64,000 nt of DNA, from assembly GCA_040954595.2 (NCBI GenBank), contig CM082584.2, positions 3,193,344 through 3,257,343 on the forward strand, read 5' to 3'. This stretch comes from Balanoglossus misakiensis (Eukaryota > Animalia > Hemichordata). Positions within the stretch are counted from its first letter, which is position 1, and each line of letters starts with the position of its first letter. Positions 24,301-36,584 of this stretch are shown piece after piece. The position numbers and the translations under genes are program-made. A model generated the notes under the pieces. It saw only the letters and a list, made by a program, of their open reading frames with translations, was not told the DNA's origin and searched no databases.

Positions 24301-26846
24301 CATTAGTCGCTCTATTCGTTGCGTGTTTTCTCTGTCCAAGCCACTTAGATTCATATTACTGCTTTTGTCCCATCTCGGCTAGACTACCGAAAAAGATTTA
24401 TTTCTGGTTGCCTTACGGGAGATTTCATTTATTATGCGGGGGTGGCCTGGAGGATGCTTGAGTCGGTTGGTCACGTAGAATGTGACGCTTCCCCCAGCTG
24501 CCGGGTCGTGCATGTGCCTGTCTACATTCATCTTGCCGCAGGCATGAAAGATGATCAAACCGGATCCCCCGGCTCTCTCCGTGTTCGAGCTAACTTCTCG
24601 GATGAATATGTAATTGGCTGAAGAGCAAAACAAGCACAATGCAGCTGAATCAGGCGGGGTTGTTACTGATGGCTAAATGGCAGAGTAATAAACTAGTCGG
24701 ATTTGCGCACTTCCTTTCTACAGAATGACAAACTGCGGTCGTTTGTGTTGCTCTATCCCACGTAGGCGTTGTGGCATCGAGAGTCTGTATTTTTAGAATT
24801 ACACGGTATGACTTTGTGTATTATTAGAGAAAGCTTGGCCATCAGCGTTCCAATGTGTTGGCCTATGGGAATAGTTGTTTTGCCAAATAATTACTAGACT
24901 GATAAGCCTATATTATACAGGGTTTCATTTCGATTTTCAATCGCAAAAACAGTTCTTTCTTATTCTAGATATCTAGACTACAGGAAGGATTTTCGTCGGT
25001 CTGAAAAGAATGGGTTTAGTCAAACCGTTTTAAGATACAAACTAGGTTTCTTCATAACCGAAAATCACAATTTTAAAGATCCCCGCCATGGTAACATTGA
25101 GATAACACCGAAAAAGGTTACCATGGACTACTCGTTTTGCAGAGTGACGTAATCAGCGAGCGTCGCCAATTGACGGCAGTCTGGCCAATCAAACAACAGT
25201 CTGGGTATAGGACGCGAGCTTGCTCATAACTGTTGGGTTTAAAACGGGTATTTTTTATTACACTAAGTCAAACCAGAATCACAAGAATAAAACATTTCTT
25301 GTTGAATCACAGAAAAAGTGAAATTCTCTGTGTGTACAGAACGGGAAATAACATAGTGTAAACATTTGTTATAGAAGTGTCATCATGATACGTCTAATTC
25401 TCTGTACATGCCCCATAGAGTAAGTACATTGAATCGAGTGCATGCTTATAGATTCTAATATACATCTGCGTGTAAATCGCATTCGTACTTTGGTGTAAAT
25501 GAACAATGACTGATCTTCATTTCTCCTTTGGTTTGCTGTTCTCGGCAAGGACATTTAATGTAAATAAGTGAATGAATACTGGAGAGTAAAAAATCTTTCT
25601 GGTTGTAAAAAGCAACAAGTGAATTAATAAGTTCCATATTTGACGCCCCTGTGTTTCAGAATGTGCAGCTATACATTAGGGATGTTCTTTTCCAAAACAG
25701 TCGTGACTTTTGAAGGGAAAAATGTAATGCTCGTATTGAACAGTGAACCGTTGTAAACACCACTCTCGTTAAACAGAGTGTCATTAAATGTGCTTATTGG
25801 ACTCGCCGCGGGCACATGTCACTGAACACAGGCGGGATAATATGCTGTTTCCGCGACAGTGGTTACCGTTTGAGTGACAGGAGAATTGGCGTGTTGTGAT
25901 AAAATGCACCTTTCAGGTAGCTTGTGAAAGGCTTTTTAAAAAGCGACGTTGCGACGGAGCATAGAGACCGGAACTTTCAGCGCGGATAATATGCACGCGG
26001 TGCGGTCGACGCCATCGAAATCACGACATGTACGACAGATTAAACGGGGTGATTGGCGTCGTAAGATTACAAAACACAAAATTCTGTCAAGTTTAAAACT
26101 ACTTTGGTCGGAAATAACGGTGTTGTCCTCTTGTATGCCTGGAGGAGTCTCGTTGAAGTACAGCTGTGCATAATTAGAATGTCAAGCTCCATTCGAAGCA
26201 CACAATTTATCATTCATTGCACGTTTTCTCGCGTTCGTAACAAAAGAGAGTGAAATAACCCAAAGTATGCCCCAAGCTGATTTTAATAGGTTGATGGCAT
26301 GAAATAAGTCGTAGAAATTGGAGGAAACACGCGAGTTTAAAGGCACTAAGGATACTATAAAATGTGCTTTGACAAAGTCCACGTACAGCCAATTTTACGC
26401 ACATACAGGTATGGGTATAAGTTAGATTGGCGATGATTTAAATCGCTCAGTCGTTTGCTCGTCCAGATTTATGATAATGTGACGCGAATCGTTTCCAGTG
26501 AAGTAGTTGTTACCACAAGTCATCTTGACGAAGCAATATCACGACTTATACCAGCAAGGTTGTTTTCACCGGGAAACTTGCTGGCTTTGCTGGAGTTTTA
26601 GAACAGTAAATGACATCAGAAATCAACTTTTTGGGGTCCCCAGTTTTCTCGCTTTATATGCAGTAGGGAGTGACGCCCCTTGCTTGAAAACATCCTGAGA
26701 TAAATTGTCTTCTCCAGCTTTTGAAGATGCCAATGTTCTAGCAGTCTTCAGACCATCGATATATTTATATATAATATTTATATATGCATTTTATCTCTTA
26801 AAAATATCACTTTCAGTTGAGTTCACCCTCCGAAAAAGGTTAAGTC

Positions 26847-27821
26847 CTATTGCCTTTTACAAAAAGACAGATTTCTTGGGTGGAGATATAGGGCCATTGT
26901 CGATAGATGTCCCTTAAAATCTTCTTTAAAGCAGGCATATATAAGCGGATTCAAGCAGCTATTTATATACGTCAGAAACAAACTGCTGTAATAAACCACT
27001 TCTGCGACGACGCTGGGTTCGTTGTAGAGCAGCCAGAGACGGACGACCCAGAACGGCAGCCAGCAAATCAAGAAGATGACAACGGCGATCAGGACTAGAC
27101 TGGCCACTCGCCCGACTTTGATCCGACTTCGGCAGCGCGACGACGGCCGCCCGGGTCTGAAGAGAGACACGACGATGGACGCGTAGCACATGGAGATGAC
27201 TATGATCGGCAGTATGAAGGCCACCAGGAACGCGTAGACGATGAAAGCGATCCCCTCCTGCATGGTGCACAGGATGCTGCAGAGGGTGTCTCCGTTCTTC
27301 CTCTCGATGGTGGCGAACATCCACAGCGGCACGCTGACGCAGGCCGACGTCACCCACAGCACGAGGCAGATGCTCCTGGCCTTCCAGATCGTCCGCTTGG
27401 TCTTGGCGTGCCCGGCGTGCACGATTACCCAGTACCGATCGACGGCCATGGCAGTCAGGGTGAAGATCCCCGTGAACATGTTCATGGCGTCGATGCCCAT
27501 GGTGAGCTTACACACCACGTGGCCGAAGATCCAGCGGTTGTCGACGTTGAAATGGATCATGAAGGGGACGATGAGGAAAAACAAGAAGTCGGCCGACGCC
27601 AGGTTCAGGATGTAGATGTTGGTGACGGAGTTCATGTTGGGAAACCGCAGTCCGACGAAGATCACAACCCCGCTCCCCGCCAAACCGACGACACAAATCA
27701 CGGCTGAAAATGTCGGAATGAACCACGAGAACATCCATGGCGGCAGGCTGGTGATGTAGTCTTCGGGGAAATTGACGTCGGACTGGTTTTCTGTAAATTT
27801 AGAAATGTCGTATGCTCCCAT
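26847..27821 (-). CDS. Rhodopsin-family GPCR, somatostatin/allatostatin-C/opioid receptor-like
   Basis: Seven hydrophobic segments with MNSVTNIYILNLASAD, WIFGHVVCK, NMFTGIFTLTAMAVDRY, FLICWLPFW and YINSCLNPLIY. The ORF is open to 27857, where an acceptor (ctgtag|) suggests an upstream exon. First in-exon ATG is at 27821. Confidence 0.9.
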   Translation of the reverse strand: MGAYDISKFTENQSDVNFPEDYITSLPPWMFSWFIPTFSAVICVVGLAGSGVVIFVGLRFPNMNSVTNIYILNLASADFLFFLIVPFMIHFNVDNRWIFGHVVCKLTMGIDAMNMFTGIFTLTAMAVDRYWVIVHAGHAKTKRTIWKARSICLVLWVTSACVSVPLWMFATIERKNGDTLCSILCTMQEGIAFIVYAFLVAFILPIIVISMCYASIVVSLFRPGRPSSRCRSRIKVGRVASLVLIAVVIFLICWLPFWVVRLWLLYNEPSVVAEVVYYSSLFLTYINSCLNPLIYACFKEDFKGHLSTMALYLHPRNLSFCKRQ

Positions 27822-28597
27822 GCTGTACGGCACAGAGGTGTGCTCCTCAGCGTACACCTACAGTGTAGCTTTTAAAATTATGATTCACGGCGAACGTGTA
27901 TAGTAATCATCATATATTAGGTAAAAGTGAATTTGACTTGCCAGTAACTGTGTTATCACAAGCTGCATGCCATACTATTAGCTAGGAATGGAGAGGTGCT
28001 GACTACTACTATCCCTGGAAATTCAGTGTCGTTCGTGACAGTCAATTTTTCCACATTGTTCGCTATCCGCAATTAACGATCAAGACAGATGGTATCCTCG
28101 GTATATTGAAACCTTGAATCGAAGGTTTAACAGCACCGACTTGGAGGTAGCATAAAGTGAATACTGTGTTCTCTGTATCCGTACACAATCATAACGTTCA
28201 CGACCACAACTTTCACTCGCACAGAGAACTCCGCTCCGGCGTCTCGTTTCAAATAAGCTTTTTGCAGCATCTTCGAGTACTGCACTGGTGCGAGTAGGAG
28301 GATTTCACAAAAGTATAATGCGCGTGGGAGAATCCGGGTATAGTTGCGCAGAATACAAGACGCTGGCGGCGCTGCTCTCCCTCCAATCTGTACCATGGGG
28401 TCTCTCTCTTCTAGCTAGCTCTCATTCCCTCTCTCCGCCCCTCTCTCTCACACAAGCAGAAGGAACCAGTACGTAAAATGTTTTACATGTAGTTGGCTAT
28501 TCTTATCGATGCAAAAGGCAGGATTTCGTCATTCAGACTGAGGTGGAAAGCTATTGACATGGTTCACAAAGACGAAGTCATAAGCTTCGGTAATATG

Positions 28598-28726
28598 AGG
28601 TTATTACGAAAATACCGCAAAGTATGCACGAGGACATTAGCGCCAAGTATCGCCCGACGCGCAGCGGAGGGCGATGCGCTGCGCTTATGTCCGAGTGCAT
28701 ACTTTGCGGTATTTTCGTAATAACCT
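28598..28726. repeat. ~130-bp palindromic (MITE-like) element
   Basis: Perfect 32-bp arms aggttattacgaaaataccgcaaagtatgcac (28598-28629) and its reverse complement (28695-28726), with further imperfect pairing inside. Confidence 0.85.
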
Positions 28727-31700
28727 TATTATTATACATCTTACATCTCCGTTAGTTCTTGTGTTGCATGTTACTTGGCTTTCAAAACGCCAAAAATGCC
28801 GATACAATCGATCGAAAACTGCTCAGTTGACCCAGTGAGCAGCCATCTTTGTTTTTTGTTTACGTGTGTGCACGTGCGTTGGAGTGGGGCGCCTTGAAAC
28901 CGTCCGCATAACAACGCATACCTGTACACGGTGAGTTGGGGCGCCTTGAAACTCAAAACTTAATTAACGCGCGTTCCGTACGTACCGTTCCGTACGGCTT
29001 TTTATTGCACGCCAAAATCTATTGTTCTCGGCACTAGATGTATAATAATGACTTGTACACTTGACCCACAGCGGACTAACCCCATCACCATTTAATTCTG
29101 TTGCGGAGAACAGAATAGAAATTAGACATGCCAAATAACTTTCTCATTACAAGGATACGAACTACGATTCTCGGCACAAACAAGGACCCATGTGTGAACG
29201 CGATAATTACACGAGAAGAACTTTTATGCCCAACTGGCAAGATAATAATCAATTTGTGCCGTCACTTGTTAAGGTTCACTCCTATTACATTTTAACCTGG
29301 AGGCAGTGGTTCGTCGAATCACAAAAAGTGTTGAGGGACAAGCCTCACTGAAAAGTATGAAACGACAGATATTAATCACTCCACTTTGACAGATTCACAA
29401 GAGGGATGGAATGCTTCGTTTTTTACGTTTATAATATTATGGATCTTGAACTAGGGTTGCCGACGGTCATGCAGAGAGAAGTACGACGCAAGCCGACAAA
29501 GTATGAACTTTTTTCCGCTTGAGCATCGTGACATGAATAATCACACTGCATAAAGAGAACTTTGTGGAATAAAACGCTAAGGTTGCTGCAACGACATTCT
29601 CAGTGCGAAACCTTTCAATTACAGTGACGTCTTTCCCCCAAAACAACACAAAGAGCTAGCCAGGGTTCATAGAAAACTTCAACACCACGTTTGCACGAAA
29701 CACCGAAACGAAGATCCGACAAAAGAATTCTGCCGCTGATTTTAGCTACAAAAGGGATCAACCTATATATACAATCATGTTGTACGCTTTCCAGATTTCA
29801 AAGGCAAGGCCGTGGTCCGCGTTCTTCTCGCGGGTAAGCGGCGCTTTTACGTCGTTATAAAAAGTCCACCGGAAAAATGGCGTGATCGCGAGAAGAATAC
29901 AACATTACTGGGTGGATTAAGCAGTTCTGTCGCTTGTCTAAGTGCGAGGAAATAAGCTCACATCAGTGAATGAAACACGTGCTGTGGAATGAGATTGAAT
30001 GTCCTGCTTGCGACGACCTAGTTTCAGATGTGAAATTACATTCAGAATGCGGTCAATATTCGTGCTTACATATTACAAATCACCAGAAAGCTATTTTTAT
30101 GAACAATTGACCCGGAAATCAATGAAAATTTATGAGTGGTTATTTTTTTAAGCTTAACGGGTGAAATTATTAGATTGCCTGGAAGTAATGTTTTTTTCAC
30201 GCTTTACCGGTAAAATCATCGGATCGTGTCAATTAAAGTTAAGACGCGTATGACGCGCCTGGAAAGGAAAATGAGTTGTCTGTTTGCACAGCACGCCACC
30301 AATGTTTAGCATCCATTAAAGCCCCAATAGCTGTCATTTTTGTGTCATTTTCATGACTTTACTTTAAATTATTGAAATTTCCATTTGAATGAGCTTACTG
30401 ATGGGTACACGCAATTATATTATCGACCTCTTATTGGGGATGTGCATTAAATTATGGTCAACTTAAATAATAAACGGGTGCGACATCCGCTTATTCGGCC
30501 GCCCACTGTTACAGTTCATAGCTGTCATGGTGTGTGCACATCGTTTTTATCTGTATACACGTCAGACACAGCAAGATATTTTATGCATGAAGGGATGAAA
30601 CTATTGTTACATTTTGATATAATTTAGTCAGTCCTTCAGCGAGCGACAGTAAACAAATTGATGTCCTTTTGTAGGTTTCCAAGGTTAATGCATTCCGCTG
30701 TCAGGAAATGACAAAACCTCGCTTTGCAAGAATTGATATAATTTGACTTTCTCCTGAAGGGCAAGAATTCTTAGCTGTCGCTACTTTCAGACACTCACTT
30801 CGTGTAAAATATATGAATATCCTCGTCCGGTTTAAATTGGCATATGAACAAGGCTGTCGTACGTGATTATTTTCAAACCAATTTTAGAAATTACAAAGAT
30901 CTTAACAGTCACGTACATACTTTCTTGTCCTCGTCTACATGATTAGCTCTAGAGTCGGCCTTGGCACGAGCTCAGTAAAAAAGTATTTGTCGTAGTATGG
31001 GTACCTACCAAACGTCTATTCTATTCGGTAATTTTTATGTGATCATTCTTTTTTCCGCGACCGCTCTTGCGCGGTCTTATCGTCTAACCTACTCATGCGT
31101 TATGCGGGTATTGTCGAAACATCCATTACTGTACATTCGTGTTACTCAATCTCACGTTAGCTTGCATATTTTCCATGTAATATCCTGTGAACAGAAGCAA
31201 CGTTAAGGGTTTCCTGACAAGCGATGGTGATTCTACTAATTAAAGTTATTCGTGCGCACCATCCGTACATTACCCACTACAATGGTGGTTTTTATATAAA
31301 AATATACCCCTTTTCGGAATATACGGCTGAAGCAGAGCTTTAATAAAGCCGTTTCGGAAAGTTACTGTTTTTTCTGACGATTTTATGAGTAAAATACGCC
31401 CAATTGAAATAATTGAAGAAAACGCATATTACAATAATCCAATTCACGAAAATTAAAACCAGGCACACAATTTCCCGATCTGATCAAAACTTACAGGTTT
31501 CTTTCCCATTGTGTTACAGACCTCGGAATATGCATTGTCACGACGCGCACTCCTCTCCAAGAGAGACAGACAGGATATTTTGAAACATCCTCGTCTCGGG
31601 GGAGTATGATCATGCGCTGTTCATGCCAAGAAAGGCTTCTTACAAGTATGTATTCAGCTTTTAAGGATAACAACTTTGACAACTGACATATAGCGTCCTT

Positions 31701-34700
31701 GCGAGCGGTTATTTATATTCTACTCTGTGTGTAACATACATGCTGTTTTCTTCTCCTGGATTTCCAAAAACTAGGATCGATAGCAAGTTTCTGTTTTCAC
31801 AGGGAAGGAAAGTGGATAATTAGTCTCCACAAATTCACCTAATTTTAAAACCGAGGCTTAAGACTACATTCACAAATAAGAAGGGGATATTGACTCGAAT
31901 TTTTAGACCAACAATCCCCCCCCCCTCCCTCGATAAACCCTTCGCAGTATTTTTTTATAGATAGGTTGATGTGCAGAATGTAGCTGTATGCACTATGCAT
32001 TTTGAACGGCAGGCGTCCAACGCGTGTCTCGCTTTGACATTCAAATGGAGCGAATCTGAGAACCGTGGACCCTCGAGAATATGATGGGAAACGGTGTAAA
32101 GTAACGCAAGAAACTGAATCAGGAGTCGAACGATCAAGCGTGGAATCATTATACAGGTGTCAATGGTCGAGTTTGGCGCTGGTTGGCGTGCGTTTCTTGA
32201 ACGTAGTGACTGTCACCGGGCAATTGAAAGATTTACGATATAAATTCGTATCCTTTTTATTGTCAATAAACCAAGTTAATGTATTCCTTCTAATGAATCA
32301 CTCATGGGAAATACGACTGTTTCGCATCCCGTTTCTCAAAGGTCTGTGGATCTTGTGCGAGTAGGTTAGTTTCAGAAACAGAAAAAAACGTGTTTGTGAA
32401 TGGTGCAGTGTAGAACACGCGGCCATATTAACCATTACGGTAACATGAACACTGGTTGTAACTACAGGTGTGCACATACCTGTATGATTTAGCTATAATG
32501 CATACAAGCCAAGCAGACAGCGAGAATAGTTTAGCCCATAGCACTGCTGTGGTGTTAAATATTAATTCAATCACAGAACCTAATATAATTTTCCTATTAA
32601 ATGAGAGTCCGCAATACGACTCCAGTGATGGATTATAGAGTCGTGCTGATCCAATTCCTGGGGCTCGTATTACTGAAGGTTAATTTACATAGAAGCTCTC
32701 TACATATTTTTGTAGCAGTACTAGACTACTAGAGTTTCGGGACTGAGCTGAGTTTTGGTTACTGGGCCTACGCGATAGGGGACTTGTGTGACTGACGTTC
32801 ACTGAGACTATTAAGATCAGGATCTACTGCCGGTTGATAACACTATTATTTAAACGCGTGTCAAGTCAATGTCACCCATCAATGTGTTTGTCATTTTCAA
32901 CGATAGGAATTGATTGATTTTTCAAAGTGAATAGATCGCACGTTGTGACTTACTGAAAACCATATCATTCGTGCCCATAGGACATTTTGTAACGAGAATC
33001 ATTATTTCTTCACTTTTTACACTGCACGCGCGACTTTAAATGGGGGGAATTTTACAATGACCGCACATAAAGAACATCTTCCATGAAGTACTTGCAATAT
33101 TCCCAAGTATTCCATCACTTACAGTTATGAACACCGCGGGTTCCGTGCGCAATATACATTAAATTTCCCGAAGTTTGTCTCAAACGTCACGCATGAACTG
33201 TAAAGTACATTTCGTATCTTTTGTGAATAACCCTGCAACAGTATGACGTATTTTTATCCTTCCTGATTAAAATGTGGGCTCGCCGTGATTCTACTGTTGC
33301 TGTAAAGTATTCAATGCCCCAGTAGGCTCGAACGTGTTATTTACATCATATTCGATGGGTTTGCTGAGTATATTTGCCAGCAAAGTGCGGGGATTCTATA
33401 GGGATGAAACGGGCTCCCTAACTAGCAGGCTGAATTTCTATAACCCATTAAGCAGAAGCTGTCTCTTCATAAGCAAAGGCTTTCAACTTGACATTCAGAT
33501 GCACTACATTGGTACATTAATTGCTGGAATAGTTCTAGTGCAATGCAATAGCTTTGAAAGAGTATCCACTACGGAAGTTCTGTGTTGTGCATCGTGCCTG
33601 CATCATTTCCCTCGCCGTCTGTATCACATCAACCATGCCGACCGTTGCGGCCCATTTCCCCCGAAGTCAAGACATAGAGTTAACTTCCTGTCCCCTGCCT
33701 CAAGGCATCTTCTATACGGCTTTCAACAATTTTGCAGAATGTTGTTTAGCATCTCCGCTCATTACGTTTCTCCTTCCAAAACAAGTGTTTCATTTGGCCC
33801 TGTATGTAAAGCTCGTCATATAAAGGGACTTAATGACATCCGGTGTCGCCGTCGACTCGGACAGATTTGCCGTCACCTTGAAATAGTAACAATGCTGCCC
33901 GCAACGAAAACTAGCAGTTCGTGAACACAGTCTGCTTTCTGCATACAGGGCAAAATTGTCTCCTCCGAGAAAATTCGCTAAAAGTAACTATCATCGCATC
34001 GTGTTACACGTCCCACCGAAATTGTGTAGTCTACTTACCTCAGCCTGTCATGTAAACACTTGTCAAATTTGTTCTGATGAAAACGAAGTGCATTTTACGT
34101 TTCGGCAAGCAGATATAAAAGAGGCTTTATATTAAACCTGTCGTGTCGTCCTGTGCCAAACATCTAAAAGAAAACACAAAGCCTGTCGCCATTTTTGTCT
34201 CGTGATATAAAGATTTTCATAATGATATGTATCAAGAGTCCTTTTGGAGAAACACGCGACTTATTAAGCGGGAAGTGAAATGAAAAACAATGTAGTGCCA
34301 GAAGTAATGTAGAATGTACACGCCATTTTATTTTCTAGTGTCGCCAGTGTAAATACATGCATTCAGCTTTTGATTCCTGGTAAAGCTGACATTTGTGTGG
34401 TTTTAGGACAGGAGAAAATACAACGGCCTCTGGCATGGAAAGCATTACAGATGGAAAAGATGCTACGAAAGTAGGTCAGGAATGGTACAAAGGATGATAG
34501 TAAACGGGTATCCCAAATTCTCTTTCCCAATCATTTTGATATTGATTTTGTTAAAGTATGACATTCGCGAACTGCTAGGGTAATTTCCCCTTTGATGACT
34601 TCGCACAACAGAATGCCCTGTCAAACATTCATATAGGTACCCAGATGTTGCAATCATTCTGAAAGATGGAACGCTATCAATAATATACCACGCACGTTAC

Positions 34701-35838
34701 AACACAAGCAGCTAGGTGAGTTCACCTGAGATCTTTGCCATAAGAAACACGGCAAATTTTGAGGACATTTTTTTACAGAGAGCAATTTTTATCATACATC
34801 AGAAAAAAGAGCATCTTAAAATGTGTGGTTTCCAATGCTGTCACTTTTACAAACCATGATCCCCAGAGGTTCAAGAGTGAAAATTCAAAGCTCTCGAAGA
34901 TAAGGCTGTTACTGGAAGAATATCGGTATTGTAAAAGGTATTTGTCGAGCTGTTTCTGAGATAAGATGTCAAAACACTGTATATTGGCGTCGTCTTATCT
35001 CAAAATGTCTGACACGGCAGTCACACAAGTGGATTCTCAGAAGATGTCTGCCTAAACGGCAAAAATCAATCCAAATAAGTCTCGCGAGATCTCGCAATGA
35101 GAGTAAAACCGTCCATTAGAAAATAAATACTTCTGGTGAAAACCAGCAATCAGTTTATCTTCCTGAGCAGACGACAATGCTGAACTGTGACATATCTCTA
35201 TTGACTTCCCGGTCCGTCAGTATGAGGACAACTTGAAGAACGGGACGAGATTAGAGAAACCTCTGAAGGTTTTGGAGTGCGCAAGTTCGACCCGAAGTAA
35301 TCTAGCAGAGGGTTGTAAACATTAATAATTCAGATATCTTGAGGGCATATGGCGTTTTCCTGAATTCTTGCAATTGACTGGAATTCTAAACAGGTTACAG
35401 CAGATATTGACCTAACAACTGCAATGGCAGGTAGTTTTAAATACTAATTTTGTTAAATAACTCCTCTACTTGCAATAAACATGGCGTCTATCTTATTAGT
35501 GTCGTATTTCTCAGCTATAGGCTACTGCAAAATTTCTCTCCACATGCCATACTTGAACTTTATAGGAAAATGGGACAGTCTCTTCGCAATTGCAAATTCG
35601 CAAAAGTCGACTGCCAATCTGAGCTTCATGGTCGCCTTGTTTACTACTGCCTCGAAGCAAGGACATCGAAAAGCTGGCAATCCCGGATTATCTTATAATG
35701 TAGCAGGGGCGTATGAAGCAATTCATGGTGGGGGGGGGGGCAAATGTAACCTACATTCTGGTCGCGAATGACTGACAATGTAAAGTTGCATATATGCATA
35801 CATTAAAATAATTAAAGTAATATATGAATGAATTCTAA

Positions 35839-36584
35839 AATGTGTCTATATACTGATCTCATGAATTGCGATGTATACGTATTCGTTTTATGCGATAAGC
35901 ACAAAAAATGATCCACCGGTCGATCCAAAGATTTCCAAAATGGCGGCACGCAAGCATTCATTGTGTTTGGAGACGCTAACTTTTCGACCCTTTGTTCGTG
36001 CTTTCTTTGTGTTCACTCGGGGTTGTCATGTTTATTAGTCGGATATCAAGATGTCATGCGATTCGGCAAAAAAACTCGAATTCTTCCAAAACTTAAAAAA
36101 ATCAAAGCATATTACGTACACATTTTAGTACCACTTTGGCAGTAAGAAGCACTTGATTTCCAACCCATAAGAAGCCCTACAAATACAGGCCCTACAAGTA
36201 CAGGCTGCCATTCATACCACAGTCCCCCAAATGACTGCCCTGTGTTATAAAAGAAGTAGCAGCTTTGAAATGTGTCTATACTGATCTCATGAATTGCGAT
36301 GTATAAGTATTCGTTTTGCGATAAAAGCACAAAAAATGATCCACCGGTCGATCCAAAGATTTCCAAAATGGCGGCACGAGCTCATTCATTGTGATTAGAG
36401 ACACTAACTTTTCGACCCTTTGTTCGTGCTGTTTTTGTGTTCACTCGGGGTTGTTATTTTTATTAGTCGGATATTAAGATGTCATGCGATTCGGCAATAA
36501 ATTATAATTCTTCCAAAACCTAAACATTTCAAAGCATATTGCGTACACATTTTAGTACCACTTTGGCAATAAGTAGCACTTGAT
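35839..36584 (+). repeat. Direct duplication of ~320 bp (35839-36157, 36269-36584)
   Basis: aatgtgtctata..ctgatctcatgaattgcgatgtata...gatccaccggtcgatccaaagatttccaaaatggcggcacg...gtaccactttggca occurs twice. Confidence 0.9.

Noticed and set aside
26907-27738. Several ORFs overlapping the GPCR in other frames and strands
   Set aside because: They are a by-product of high GC3 (few stop codons) in the GPCR exon.
33334-33924. 196-aa ORF
   Set aside because: No recognisable motif, no ATG start or splice support, and non-coding-like composition.
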